A DNA stretch of 62,495 nt, filler included, from Jimgerdemannia flammicorona (Eukaryota), in assembly GCA_003990765.1 (NCBI GenBank). It is 3 parts of 3 records of this genome, joined end to end, with 100 filler letters (N's around TTAATTAATTAA, not from the genome) between each part and the next. Parts side by side here need not be neighbours in the genome. Positions count along the whole stretch, not along the records: positions 41,739 to 62,495 come from RBNJ01001594.1; 2 more parts are not named here. One strand, written 5' to 3'. The translations under genes were made by a program, and so were the position numbers. The notes under the pieces are model-generated. The model saw only the letters and a program-made list of their open reading frames with translations, ran no database searches and was not told where the DNA came from. This document shows, one piece after another, positions 49,206 to 61,617 of the stretch. Every line of letters begins with the position of its first letter. Position 1 is the stretch's first letter.

Positions 49206-50750
49206 TAAGAAATCTGTATTATCTACTATTTAAGAAATCTATATTATCTACTATTTAAGAAGTTTATTGAAAATCTGTATCATTTAAGAATTTTGCTAAA
49301 TCTATACTATCAGTGAAAGTTACTTCTATCTGAAAATTGCTATTATATATTTACTATTTGAGATATATATTTATCAAATCTGTCATATTATATAAAATCT
49401 ATATTTAAGAATCTATACTATTTGAGAAGTCTGCCAAATCTATATTATTTAAGAAGTTTACTAAATCTGTACTATTTAAGAAAAAAAGCATATAATAGTT
49501 ATTATATATAAATATACTAAATCTGTCTTATTATACTGAACTATACTTAATTAGAAAATTACCAAAATTATCTATATTATATGAAAAGAACTTATATTTA
49601 TTTTTAAATAAATATTTTAGCTACTGAAAATTCTAATAGAAATTTTAACAGAAATTCTAACTAGCAGTTATAGATACTCTATATAGTATAACTATATATA
49701 AATATACCTAGTATATCTAATTTAGTCATAGTCTCAAATATATATAAATAATGCTCTCTATACTGAGTAAGTTATAACTTTAGTCTGAAAGCTGAAGAAA
49801 AGCTTAAAGCTCTGCTTTCTTTAAGTACAAAAATAAAGCAGTATTCTTATTACAAAACTCTCAGATCCAACTTATTAATAATTCTGAGCCTGGTTAACTT
49901 AGAATATAAATATAGTATCTCTACTATTAGTATAAGAACCTGAAAGTGATATTTAAACTATAGGTAATTAAAACTTAGTACTTTCTTATAAGTACTCAGA
50001 ACTTAGGATTGATAGTCATCTTAATTATCTATAACATATTAATTCTATTAGTATATAGTTTTATTATAAACTTGATCTTATTAAAATATATATATGTATA
50101 TATATATATTATTAACTCTAGAAGTTAAGAAAAAATATAGAAATCTACCATACTTTCTAGATTATATATCTACTATATTATATTATAGATTTATTAGTAT
50201 ATTTTTTATAATTAAAATAAACAATTCTTCTTTTACTAATAATAGCTAGTATAAATTTTTAAATTTTATAATAATTTTCTTTTTAGATATTTTTTTAACT
50301 TCTAAATAGACTATAATTTTAGTAAATCTTTAAATAAGTTTTACTATTAAGTTATTGTTTTTTATTATTATTCAATAGACTATTATTATTTTTATTAAAT
50401 ATTTTTATTAATAATAATTATATAATCTTATTTATCTTATCAGATCTCAACTTATTATTAATATAAATAGTTTTTTTATTTTATTTTTAAATAACATAAA
50501 AATATTTATTTATTTATTTATATTATTATTAAATATAATATTTATATTTAAATTATAATATGTTTATATAATAATAATAATATATATATCATAGATTATA
50601 ATATATATATTGTTATTATTATATAAATATATTATATTTTAATCGATATTAAAATAATCTTATAGTTTTTAGAATATATAGTTTATTTATATTTAGATAA
50701 TTGATTATAATGTTATTATTTAAAGTTAAATTAATCATTAATTTCTTTTT
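49206..50750. repeat. Extremely AT-rich decayed repeat relic
   Basis: aaatct...ctatttaaga tandem units at 49210-49480 grade into almost pure A/T, TpA-rich sequence. Confidence 0.6.
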
Positions 50751-50762
50751 ATCTCTTACTAT

Positions 50763-51274
50763 TAGTGCTCCGAATGGATTGATTCGAAGTGGCTTATAGG
50801 TGGTACAATTTGAAGAGAATTCAACGTGTCAATATCATTGTTTTGATTTCCAAATTAGATAATTAAATGTTTATATCAATAACTTGATGAAAAATCATCC
50901 AATTTTGATGATTATGGTGTCATTCAAAAGCCCTTAAAGAGAGCTTTCTAATGATACCAAGAACATTGAAATCAGATGACACATTGCCAAGTTATCAATA
51001 TTTTCAAAAATCAGTAAGTCAGATATTTTCCTTGATAACTCAGGAATGTGTCATCCAATTTCAATGTTCTTGATATCATTAGAAAGGCCTTATTAAGAGC
51101 TTTCAAATAACACCATGATCATCAAAATTGAATGATTTTTTTTATCAAGTTATTGATGTAAACATTTAATTGTCTAATTTGGAAATCAAAACAATGATAT
51201 TGACATGTTGAATTCTCTTCAAATTGTACCACCTATAAACCACTTCGAATTGATCTGGATCGGCTCATTCGGTG
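50763..51274. mobile_element. Foldback MITE / non-autonomous DNA transposon (MULE-like TSD length)
   Basis: ~230-bp inverted arms (~50769-50998 and ~51032-51272) flanked by the direct repeat tctcttactat (50752-50762 and 51275-51285). Confidence 0.8.
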
Positions 51275-51525
51275 TCTCTTACTATATGTATCTGATTTAT
51301 TGATTTGTAATATCTCTTGTTATTGAGATTATAACTTAATATGTAGACACTATATCATTTATTAGTAATGTGTAAAATATGCAACCTACACAATATCAAT
51401 AAAAGTACCGCTCTCTGTCAAAAAACTAAAGTGATTTTTTTTTTTTTGGATAATCATAAAATTATTTATTAGCAGTATTATATGTTATCATTGTGAAATT
51501 AAAAAACCCCCGATATAAACGGAAT

Positions 51526-51850
51526 AAGCCACATAAGCCGAAAACCGAAAGTCGCACAAGCACTCAAAGCCGCAAGGCGTTTCAAACGGCGATATTAATT
51601 GATAATAATAATAATACCAGTTTACTAACTTCAAGAATCAGGTTTTCTAATGCTACTAATACTGAATAATCATATGAGAAAGAAAAATTGATATGAACCA
51701 ATTACCCGGTCTTCTGAAATCTCTCCTTATTGATCGCACAAGCAAGCCGCACAAGCCGCAGCCACATAAGGCCATATAAGTCGCAAGCCGCGCAAGCCGC
51801 AGTCATATTAGTTGCAAGCCGCGCAAGCCGCGGAAGATTGCAGCCACCAA
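51526..51850. repeat. Cluster of AAGCCGC(A)-type motifs
   Basis: More than ten aagccgc/aagtcgc/aagccac variants in two sub-clusters. Confidence 0.7.
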
Positions 51851-52145
51851 GCACATGTTGACCAATAACAAGGTGACATTTCGAAAAATAGTAAACTGTT
51901 GTTTTTGTTTGGCGACGAGAGCATAGGACAAACCTATTCTGGAAACTCCCAATGTGTTAGTTAGTTCTAAGGATTCTATTGTATATGTGTGTAACTCGGC
52001 TTTCTAGGCTCTGGTCCGACTTTGGATCCAATGAGTTTAGGTGTTCAGTGTGGGAATTGTCGGCTTTAAGACGCCATCGTTTATTATTAGGCCCCATCGG
52101 GTTTCACGTTATTGCCACGGCTCACACTTCCACATTCCCGAAAAC

Positions 52146-53132
52146 ATGCTGATCTCATCCGCCATCGTAAGCAAGCTTCTTAGGAATAATTGTTTCGGCT
52201 TTTCCGAAACCGAACCACACTCGCAACCATGTACCATCTCAAGAAAGAGAACGTCACTTCTCAAACTTCCTGTCGAGCTAGTCGACCAAATCTTCAGCCA
52301 CTTGGACCTTCCATCACGGTTGAGGTTTATGCTTACTTCCAAGGTCCTCAGAAAGCATTTCTGCAACGGCGGTTGGAGCACCATTGACGTATCGCCAGTG
52401 TTATCAAATGCTACTCTAGACGGCATTCACCGTTTCCTTTCGCAAACTTTAACGGAACGTGGTCGCTTGTCGATACACGAGCTGGTCCTTGATGGTGCCA
52501 TCAACCTTCTCGCAGACCCCGAACAGTTGCAGCGAAGCATTGTTATGGCGCTCCAAACTCTTCCGAACCTGGATGCCCTCAGCGTCCGGGGCTATACCAT
52601 CGACTGCGTAGGTGAAGCACTTTTCACCTTCCTCGAAACCCGGCCACATAGTAACCACGCACTCAAATTGTGCCGTATCAACTGCTCTACGTCCTTCACG
52701 TCCTCCGACGCCTGGCCAGCCAGCCGCCTGCACGACATTCTCAAGAAGCTCTTAGGCGGTGATTGCGGCAACATTACCGACATTCGCGACTGTAGCTCGG
52801 GGCCGCATCCTCTCAATATACCGCTTGTAAGGTGCTCCGGCTGCGACGAATTTCCGGAACGGTGCGAACAGTGTAGTCACTGTTTTACGCTATGTGACCA
52901 CTGTGGTCATCGTGGGTTCTGCCAAGACTGTGCAGGCCGGCTCGTTAAGTTTGACAAAGATATTTGCTCCTGTGATACGATTATCAATTGCCCTATACGT
53001 GTCTGCGCTGATTGTAGCGTCACGATCAATCGGATTCGCCACCGGCATCGTTGGTGCCATTGGCGTCGAGGGGCACAACGTACAAGTCGAATGCAAAAAA
53101 GGATTCTTGGATTATTTTTCTTTTTCTTGTAA
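52146..53132 (+). CDS. F-box protein with LRR-like middle and Cys-rich C-terminus
   Basis: LLKLPVELVDQIFSHLDLPSRLRFMLTSK is a canonical F-box; several CxxC pairs follow. First in-frame ATG is at 52146. Confidence 0.82.
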   Translation: MLISSAIVSKLLRNNCFGFSETEPHSQPCTISRKRTSLLKLPVELVDQIFSHLDLPSRLRFMLTSKVLRKHFCNGGWSTIDVSPVLSNATLDGIHRFLSQTLTERGRLSIHELVLDGAINLLADPEQLQRSIVMALQTLPNLDALSVRGYTIDCVGEALFTFLETRPHSNHALKLCRINCSTSFTSSDAWPASRLHDILKKLLGGDCGNITDIRDCSSGPHPLNIPLVRCSGCDEFPERCEQCSHCFTLCDHCGHRGFCQDCAGRLVKFDKDICSCDTIINCPIRVCADCSVTINRIRHRHRWCHWRRGAQRTSRMQKRILGLFFFFL

Positions 53133-54585
53133 AAAAAAAGATTATGTTTACTGCATCACTACTTGTTTTTTCCTTGTAAAAAAAAAAAAATCTCGCAGTT
53201 TAGGATATCTTTACTGCATGAGCAATCTTTACTGCATCAGTAATCTAGATCGAAAGAACACTTTCGGTTAGTCCAACGCACTGACCACGATGAGTTCGCG
53301 TGACGGAATGTTCCATATACAACAAATAAAACTTTATCGGTCTTCTCCCAGCATTGAAACCTACTGATATTTGAGCCAGCATTGATGTCTGAGCCTTGGG
53401 ATGCCATTTTTGCAAATTCAGTGGACATTTGCTACTATAGCGGTTATCTATTGAAGGATAGATATGGAAGCAAAATTTGGGCTCGAGATCATGAGCACGA
53501 TGTGAATTGGTAAAGAGGTGTCAGTATACGATTGGCTAGGTCGTCCGATTCTCGCAGGTTTCATAGGAGTATATACCATGAAGATGTTAAAGGCACATTC
53601 TTGTTGGATACAATGTACACTGGTTCAACCGTGGGTTTGGACCAGTGCACACGCACGGAGGTAAGAGCTTGGATCCGATAATATCAAGGGACCTGTGAAA
53701 GAATGTTCTCCCATACTTCGTCGCATGAGCTTGGAACATCAATACACACCTGTGCAAAGCATCCACCTCGACATTCACATCCATTTAATACATGTGCGGG
53801 ACATGCATCAATGATATTCTCGATAGGCTTACAAACATCGGCATAGCCGACGGACAAATGTCACGCGCGCAGTACGCCGAAGGGGTCGTCGAAGGGGTCG
53901 TCAGCTGATCCAATCTCGATGAGGAAGGAAGGCATAACAGGACAGATAGTATGGAAGTCGTTGAACGACCGCCAAGAAGATATAGCCCGCAGAAAGCGAA
54001 AAGCTCGCGGTTGTCAAGGGTGGTGGAGGGGTGTTGGCGGCGTTCGGGTGGTGTCCCAAGAGGAGGCGAGGACTGATGTGAGGGAAGAGAGGCAGCGGAC
54101 TTGGCAAATCTTTCATAGACTACAAGCCCAATAGCAGGTATTCGAAGTGTGGACAATAACAACAGAAATGGCCACTGTCAATGCAGTATGTGGTAGGGAT
54201 ATTTATAAAAACGCCAACGCATGAAGGTCAATTTTGTAATGGTATATGCTTGCGCAGGGATTACTCGCGGTGGTGACATCCGCAACTCTATACAACGCTC
54301 GTGTTCCTTCCATCCGTATTATTTCTGGATGGATTTAAATTATGTTCGATACCCTCTCTTTGCAAACGCTAATTGCCTTATCATCCACAAATAGGTAACT
54401 CCGATTATATATCCGAAATATTGTATGTTGCAAACATGGGCTAGCTCAACTGTCAATTCGGTGATCGATTAAAATAAGCATTTATCGGATAAATTTCGAC
54501 CGACCGCCCAAGAAATATAATGTGGCCTTCTCGTCTCCGATTTCGCATTTCCCACTACTGCTTTTCTACAATCATATTCAACAAA

Positions 54586-55290
54586 ATGAAGGTTCTTCTT
54601 TTTGGGTCTACGGGCCGCACAGGTCTCGCCATCATCACCTATCTTCTCGAATCCCCAAAGTCACACATTGTGACCGCCGTGGCGCGCAACCCTTCCGCTC
54701 TGGCAGACCACCCTCAGCATGACCACAAGAACCTTCGGATCGTCAAGGGCGATCTCAAGAACGCCTCCTTCGTCGAGGAGCAAGTAGCCGAGCACGATGT
54801 TGTCGTCTTCGCCGCGGGCATGTCAACCGTGATGGGTGGTAGGACACCCGATGGGATCTACGCGGAGTCAGCCAAGACGATCCGGCGCGCCATCTTGCAG
54901 GCCCAGCGGGTCTCGGATTCCCAGCGCAAAATCCGGTTCATCGGTGTGACGAGCGGCGGCATCAGGCCTGGCAACGAGGTTAACTTTCCGTTCATCTACC
55001 AGTTCGTGATCAAGCCGCTCTTTTTGCAGCCGTCATACGACGAAATGGTGTTGATGGAGCGCGAGTTTCGCGATCCGGACCAAAACGCCGAGGAGATCGA
55101 CTGGTCGTTCGTGCAGCCGCCGAGGCTAACGGACGTTGAGCGCACAGGGAATTATCGCGTTGAGGCTGAGAAGATGATTGTTGGCGGGTGCGAGATCGGA
55201 AGGAAGGATTTGGCGGCGTTCATTGTCGAGAGGATGGTGGATGATGAGACTGGGGAGTTCAGGGGAAAGGAGGTTACGCTCGGATATTAA
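54586..55290 (+). CDS. NAD(P)H-binding atypical SDR, biliverdin-IXbeta/flavin-reductase-like (234 aa)
   Basis: MKVLLFGSTGRTG (GxxGxxG), VTAVARNP, VKGD, DWSFVQPPRLTD and IGRKDLAAF; intronless. Confidence 0.9.
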   Translation: MKVLLFGSTGRTGLAIITYLLESPKSHIVTAVARNPSALADHPQHDHKNLRIVKGDLKNASFVEEQVAEHDVVVFAAGMSTVMGGRTPDGIYAESAKTIRRAILQAQRVSDSQRKIRFIGVTSGGIRPGNEVNFPFIYQFVIKPLFLQPSYDEMVLMEREFRDPDQNAEEIDWSFVQPPRLTDVERTGNYRVEAEKMIVGGCEIGRKDLAAFIVERMVDDETGEFRGKEVTLGY

Positions 55291-57676
55291 GAATAACACT
55301 AGCGTTTACCATGCAAGTCCGAATTCCTCGTTTTATTTTGTATCTTTTCATTGATATTGGTGATACTGATGTAACGACTCACTATTGCCAAGGTGCGTGT
55401 TGCGTCTTTAAACTAGTGTATTCATTATTTTTTAAACACACAATTATTTGTAAAGGCTCTCTCAGATAAAACTCATGTTTGAGATGGAAGTGGTTTTGTG
55501 CTGAGTAATGCTAATGTGCATATCCACCGATGGATTTAAAATACAATTTCGATAGACGTTTTTTTTTTTTTTTTTTTTTCTTGTTCTTGTTGAGATATAT
55601 TTCACATCATTCCTCATTTCATTCACAACATACGTCCTTTTATACCCTTCGTCGATTCTGGCCTTGTATGCAATTGCAAACTCTCCCTGGACCGACTGCC
55701 GGACGTTGTCGATCCTCGAAGTGTTATAGAAGGACGTAGTCCGAGTCCGAAAGGAAGCACTTGTGCAGGCCCAACGAGCACTTGAGAAAAACTTGGAGTC
55801 GAAGAGGTGAAAGCAATATTTTCTCGGAAATGATGAGAGAAGGAACAAGTGATGCATGAAAGTATGCGGTTGGTGTGTGTGTCAAGCCTGCGCGCGCATA
55901 AATGCATTGGGTGGTCACACAATCCACGGACGGATAATGAACGGTGTTGACATATTTATGTTCGATGCCTTCATGCTGCTGTGCAGGCCTCTCCCGCGTT
56001 ATCATTTCAAACCATGCTATGTGGACGATTGGAAAATACTATAAACAGAATTTATACGAATATTCACATAGAATGCCCTCATTTTTTTTTTTTTTTTTTT
56101 TTTTTTAGAACGGTGTCCGCCTCCATGAACCCTTTGATATGATGTCCGTCTATCACGGGGGCACTAGCATACTTTCGTTTTGGGTTTAAAAACACAGTTG
56201 TGTTGATATTGATAACTCGTCAACAGATGGCGCCTTCCGTAGGGCCACCACCACCATCACGCGGGGGAGGATCTCACCATGGGTCACGTACGGCACATCA
56301 CGCTCGACCGTCGTGATTAGCCGACGATGCTTTTCTCGCCACGAGCCGTCTCCGGTCATTTCCATGTACGTCGTGTCCCGAGATCGACGCTCTGAGATTT
56401 GTTCTACATTTTTTTGACGCGTCGCTCCGAAATCTCGGATCACGTGACAAATGTTTGCGTCACTCACCCGCGGAACAGGGGGTGAGGAGTTGGAGGAAAT
56501 ATATAAAATTACATGAAAGCTTTTATTACGATAATAATTGGTATATATTGACTAGTGCCTCACAGCAACCTCCCATGGCATTTGCCATTTATCAGCTTTA
56601 GATTACCACCATCTCATCAATTAGTGCCGTCCCACAAAGACGAATCATTGGTAATACATGGTGACAATTGCATTCATAAATGAATTTCAAGTGGTGGCTT
56701 ACGTACTGGCTATCGGACGCGCGGATCAAAACGAAAATTACAGATGGCATCACAAGCTTTACTGGGCCACATATTCCCCACACGTGCGTTCACAAAAATC
56801 ACAGTTCCAAACAATGGGTTTTCGGCCTTGCGAGGCTAGCCAAGGCCGATCATCCGCGTTCCGGTGGTGCTTCGCCATGAATTTCGTTGTGGCTAGGCTG
56901 TTTGCCCAAGTGCATGTTATAGTGTGTGCCTGGGTAATTCATGAAATAGGGCGATCCCTTTGACGCATGTGTGGTGGTGTGGAACGTTGGAGTAGGGAGG
57001 AATGGCGGGATATGACGACAGGGATGAAAAAAAGACCTTGTTGGGGGTTACCTATTTTGGGTGTGGTGGGTTGGTTTTAGAAATGTTGTTTCCTTTATTT
57101 TTAGCTCGCGCGGGTTTGTTTTGATACTTTGGTCAGGGTTGATCCGAAAAAGAAGAGGTGGCGTTCGGTGATTCGAGGGGGCTCGCGAGGCACGATTGGA
57201 AAGAACGATTTGCATCTCAATGATTCCAGATCTAATTGCAATAAGACGGAGATTCGCCTCCCCTTGGGCCATTTACCCGTCTGACGGCTCCTGAAGCCTT
57301 CCACGGGGAATTCTTCCAAAGAGTTTGAGTTTCCGCAACGTGGCCACGTTCCCCAGTCCCCAGGACAGAGTATGACGAGAGGGGGGATGCGAGGCATCGG
57401 GGCGCGGCACGTGGAGACGGGAGGTGACAGACCAATCAAGGCGAGGGGCACAATAAGTTGGTCTACCTTGTCGGGAGAGTGACCTCGTGCACAAACAACG
57501 AAGCGAACCGGTGCCACGCAGCAGCAGGAATCAAATTGCATCAAACCAATTTGCAGCAATTTGAATATTTTTTTTCGTGGATGGTTGCAATATTGACGCC
57601 AGCATTCCAGCCTTAGCACTAGAGAGAAAAGGAACAAAGGCAACCCCTAATTGACAACCGGCCTTAGTCATAAAGA

Positions 57677-60600
57677 ATGCACCAACGCCCGCTGTCCGCT
57701 CCACCGGGCACTTACTCGGCCGCCCCGTCGCGACAATACCAGCAGCAACGCCAGACTCCATCCCCCACCATAACCACTCCTCGCTCGCCTGCTGCTTCTC
57801 AACACACCCCATCCCCCAGCAATAGCCATCTGTGGGATATGGCTTCAACACTACGCCAGAGGCTACACGAGTTCCGCGCAACACATCATAGTTCGAGCCA
57901 TCGCAGCCCAGGTTCCTCAAGGTATATATATAAAACTATCTCTTTGGACTGCCTTCCCCCCCCCCCCCACCTCTCCACCACAACCCTGTCCTCTTCCTCA
58001 TCTCACCTTTCGGGCAACCAACTTCCTCATACAGTAACAAGCTTGACCCAAAACCCACCCCTTCTAACAGTCGCGTCTTGAACCTCAAGAAGCAACCCTC
58101 CTCACAATCTCTAAGCACTCCTATCACCGGCGCCGCCAAGCGCGGCTCAACCTCTAGCGCGACTATATTCCACCATATGGCGTCCGACAGCCGTCCAACC
58201 ACCCCTGTCAACATACCAAATGTTGTTCCGCAGCCTACAAACTCTTCAGCTTCGACGGCCTCTGGCCGCTCAAAGACGTCCTTCCTTGCAAAGTTCACCC
58301 ACCGCGCTTCTACCTCCACCGCCTCCCTTCCTACGCGCACCAACAGCCACAACAACGCCACTGTCCCGCAACCGACCACCAGCATGACCTATAGTCTGCG
58401 CAGCCTCCGAAGCAAGAAATCAACCTCCAGCGTCCGCAGCGGTAAGGCCGTCGCCTTGCGCCCCTCCACCCCTCTCAACTTCTTCAATAACCCCTCGCAC
58501 CATGACGACGACGACGACGCCGGTCCAGCCCACCAGACGTCGTCCTCGCCTGGCAACGACGACCCCAACCACAACTCGGACGCCCCGGAATCCTCGAACC
58601 CGTTCCCACGCGGGCTCGCCTTCCTCGCCACGAGCAGGAGCACGGGTACGGCTGCCTCGACCATCAGCACCTCGGCCAGCAAGCGCCGTTCCATCAAGCA
58701 TATCGCCTCCTTCGGCCTTCTCAAGGACAAGCCTATCCGCCCTCCTCTTCCCGAGGACGCCGAGGACGCCGTTCCGGACGCCGTTCCGGACGCCGTTCCA
58801 GACGCCGTTCCGGACGCCGTTCCGGACGCCGTCCCGGACGCCGTTCCAGACGTCTCACCGCCTTTGGTCATCCCCGTGCCGCCTCCCTTTAACGCCACGC
58901 CGGTCTACGCGACCACGGACGACGAGTCCGACCGCGAGGGTGGCCGTGGCAGCCGGAAGGGGTCGCTGTGTGGTGGGAGGGGTAAGAAACAGCGACATCC
59001 GCAGCCGTCGGCGAGCAAAAGCACCAACGCCATTGCGTCGTCGTCCGTCGGAACGGGCAGGTCGGCGAGGAAGGCGCTGAGGAGAATCGCGTCGTTCGGC
59101 TTGCTCAAGGACAACAAGGACAGGAGACCCTCCGCCGCGGAGACGGGTGACGAGACCGAGGGGAACGACACGGACGCTGGGGAGTCGTCAGGACGCCGCA
59201 ATCGCTGGTCGAGATCCGAATCGTGGTTCTCCAACGTCCGCAGCCGGTCCCAGCAGGCTGGTGACCGCGCCGCGGCGAAGGAAGCACGGAGGGAAGCGCG
59301 GAGGGAAGCACGGGGGGACTCGGCGCCGATACTGTCGATATTCGGGACTGGAGCGACGGCTGGGACGACGGCTGGGACGTCGACCCCCCGGCTTCCGCGC
59401 TCGACGAACATGTTCCAATTGGCCGAGATCACGCATGATACGGACTTTTACCTGCTACCGCCGCCCGTGATATCGTCGTCACCGCTGATGCCCGAGGAAT
59501 ACGGGGAGGATGACGATGCGGATGCGGATGATGAATCGCCGATGCCCACGCCAGGGAATTCGACACCGCAATCAGGGGCGAGGAGGAGAAAAAAGAAGGA
59601 CAAGGAAAAAGCCAGGGCTAAGGTCGATTCTAAGCTTGGGTTTTACGAGGATGGGAGTAGTAGTGGGGACGTGACGCCGCCGCTGCCCTCGACGAAGCCG
59701 CCATCTAGGCCCACGAGCCCAGGAATTGAGAGGTACCTACTTGATGCGATTGATTTCGGGAACGCTGGCTGGGAGAGTGGTGTATTATCGAAGGCGGAGG
59801 AGGAGGGCAAGGAAAGGGGGAGGATGGGGGAAGAAGAGGCTAAGGCTCAGGAGGTTGAGGAGGAGGTGGTGATGATGAGGAGTAGATCTAGGATGTCGTC
59901 CATGTCGTCCGATGCGTCGACCGAAGACGATTTGTTGGCCGTGGCGGCAAGGCAGGCCGCGACCGCCAGGACGCAACAGGGGCAAAGGCAGGGACAAGAG
60001 TGGACGGACGACGACGAGCGCGGGAGGATGATGAACAGGGACCAAGGGTCCGTGACGGCGGGGAAGAAGAAGGCTGAGCAACCGCAGCAACCGCAGCAAC
60101 AACGACATCGAAGTCCTCGGTCCTCGCTCTTTGGAGTTAGACGCAGCGCCTCTGTGGATCCGAATCTCTCGGGTGCCGCGGAAGATGGGGGGGTGGCTGG
60201 CGTGGTCAAGAAGACGCTGAGGCGGCGGGATAAATCTCGAGACCTGAAGGCGAAGGCGAGCGAGAGCGATGGCGAGCCCGTCCGCATACCCGGGACCTCC
60301 AAGCCCCCCAGACCGGCCCAGAACCCCAACCGTCGGTCGGCCCCTGTGATGCCCTCAGCGCGAGTCCGTGGGGTGTCGCCACACACGCCCGTCTCGGCCC
60401 GCGTGATCGCCACGCCCAGGAAGCTCAAGAACTCACCACCCGTCTTGAACCTGACCTCGAAGTCCACCTCCAGCAAGGTCAGACCCTCCGTTACCACTAT
60501 CTTCGGCGACACCCCGGCGCCGGCCTCCGACCCGGCGGCAACGGAGTCGTCGCGAAAGCCGCGTTCGATCTCGGACTCCTTCGCAGGGTTCTCGCCAGAC

Positions 60601-61617
60601 GCCGACGAGGATCAGCAGCAGCAGCAGCAGCGGCAGCAGCAGCAGCAGCAGCAACAGCAACAGGTTGCCGATGACGGCCGCTTCGCCGCCGACGTATCCA
60701 CGTTCGATTTCCAGATCTCACCGCTCGACTCGGAACCGCGCCCGTCCTCCTCCTCCGCGCCGACCACCCCACGACACGCCACGGCTCCCTCGTTTTCTGC
60801 CGGGGCGGGACCGGCTCTCGAGTTTACCAAGACCGTTGAGTTCAATAAATCCCCCCTCCAGGCGAACCCCTCACCCTCCAAGTCTCTCCTCTCGCAACAG
60901 ATTCACGTTGTCGAGACGTCGGCGTCGCGCAAAACGCGCCTCGAGGCCGCTGCAGCGAGGAGACGGGTCCTCAAGTTCGACAAGCGGCGGCACTCATGGG
61001 ACGCCGACGATGTCGCGAACCAGGTGGGCATCTCAGCCATTAAGGCGGACGTAGCCGGCGGCTTTGTGTTTGACCTCGCGAGCGCCACTGCGGGGAGCAA
61101 GTCTGGGTTAGCCGAGGACATGGGCGTCACGAATGGCGATGGTGGTGGGAATGGGTTTTCGTCGACGAGGGCCAAGGCCACGCCCGTGACGACTGCGCCC
61201 GCGATGCCCGTAGGGAATATGGATATGGGCGAGGAAACGCTCGTGGAAGAGGAAACGGTTAAGGCGCATACGACGCCGTCGGGGCAGGAGATGGAGGCGA
61301 GGGAGGAGGAGGAAGAGTGGCAGAACCCGGAGTTCACGAGGAGGGATAGCGATGAGAGCGAGGTGGTGCATCATGTAACAACGGCTCGGAGGGTCGATGT
61401 GTCGGAGGGAGGAAGCGTCGGGAAGGAGAAGCCGAGGCTATTGGTCAAGAAGAGGAGCATGCATGCCATTAGCGGGAAGGAGGTGGGCGAGAAAGAGTTG
61501 GTTGAATGGGAGGGCGAGGATGCTAAAGGAGAGATGCAAATGGCTGTGGCCGTGGCGGCTGAGAAGGCCGCTAAGGAGGTGCCATATGAGGAGCTGTCAG
61601 CTGCGCCGATTTGGTAG
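57677..61617 (+). CDS. Large Ser/Pro/Arg-rich disordered protein, two exons (57677-57921, 58071-61617; ~1,263 aa)
   Basis: Intron 57922-58070 (GTATAT...CTAACAG) joins ORF 57677 in frame (AG|T) to the 1,179-codon ORF. An alternative start is ATG 57839. No recognisable domain. Confidence 0.8.
58765..58848 (+). repeat. Coding 12-bp tandem repeat, (DAVP)x7
   Basis: gacgccgttccg units. Confidence 0.95.
60613..60663 (+). repeat. Coding CAG/poly-Gln tract
   Basis: Q6-R-Q10. Confidence 0.95.

Noticed and set aside
58078..58177. TTG start of the 1,179-aa ORF as given in the ORF track
   Set aside because: It is better explained by an upstream exon spliced at 57921/58071.
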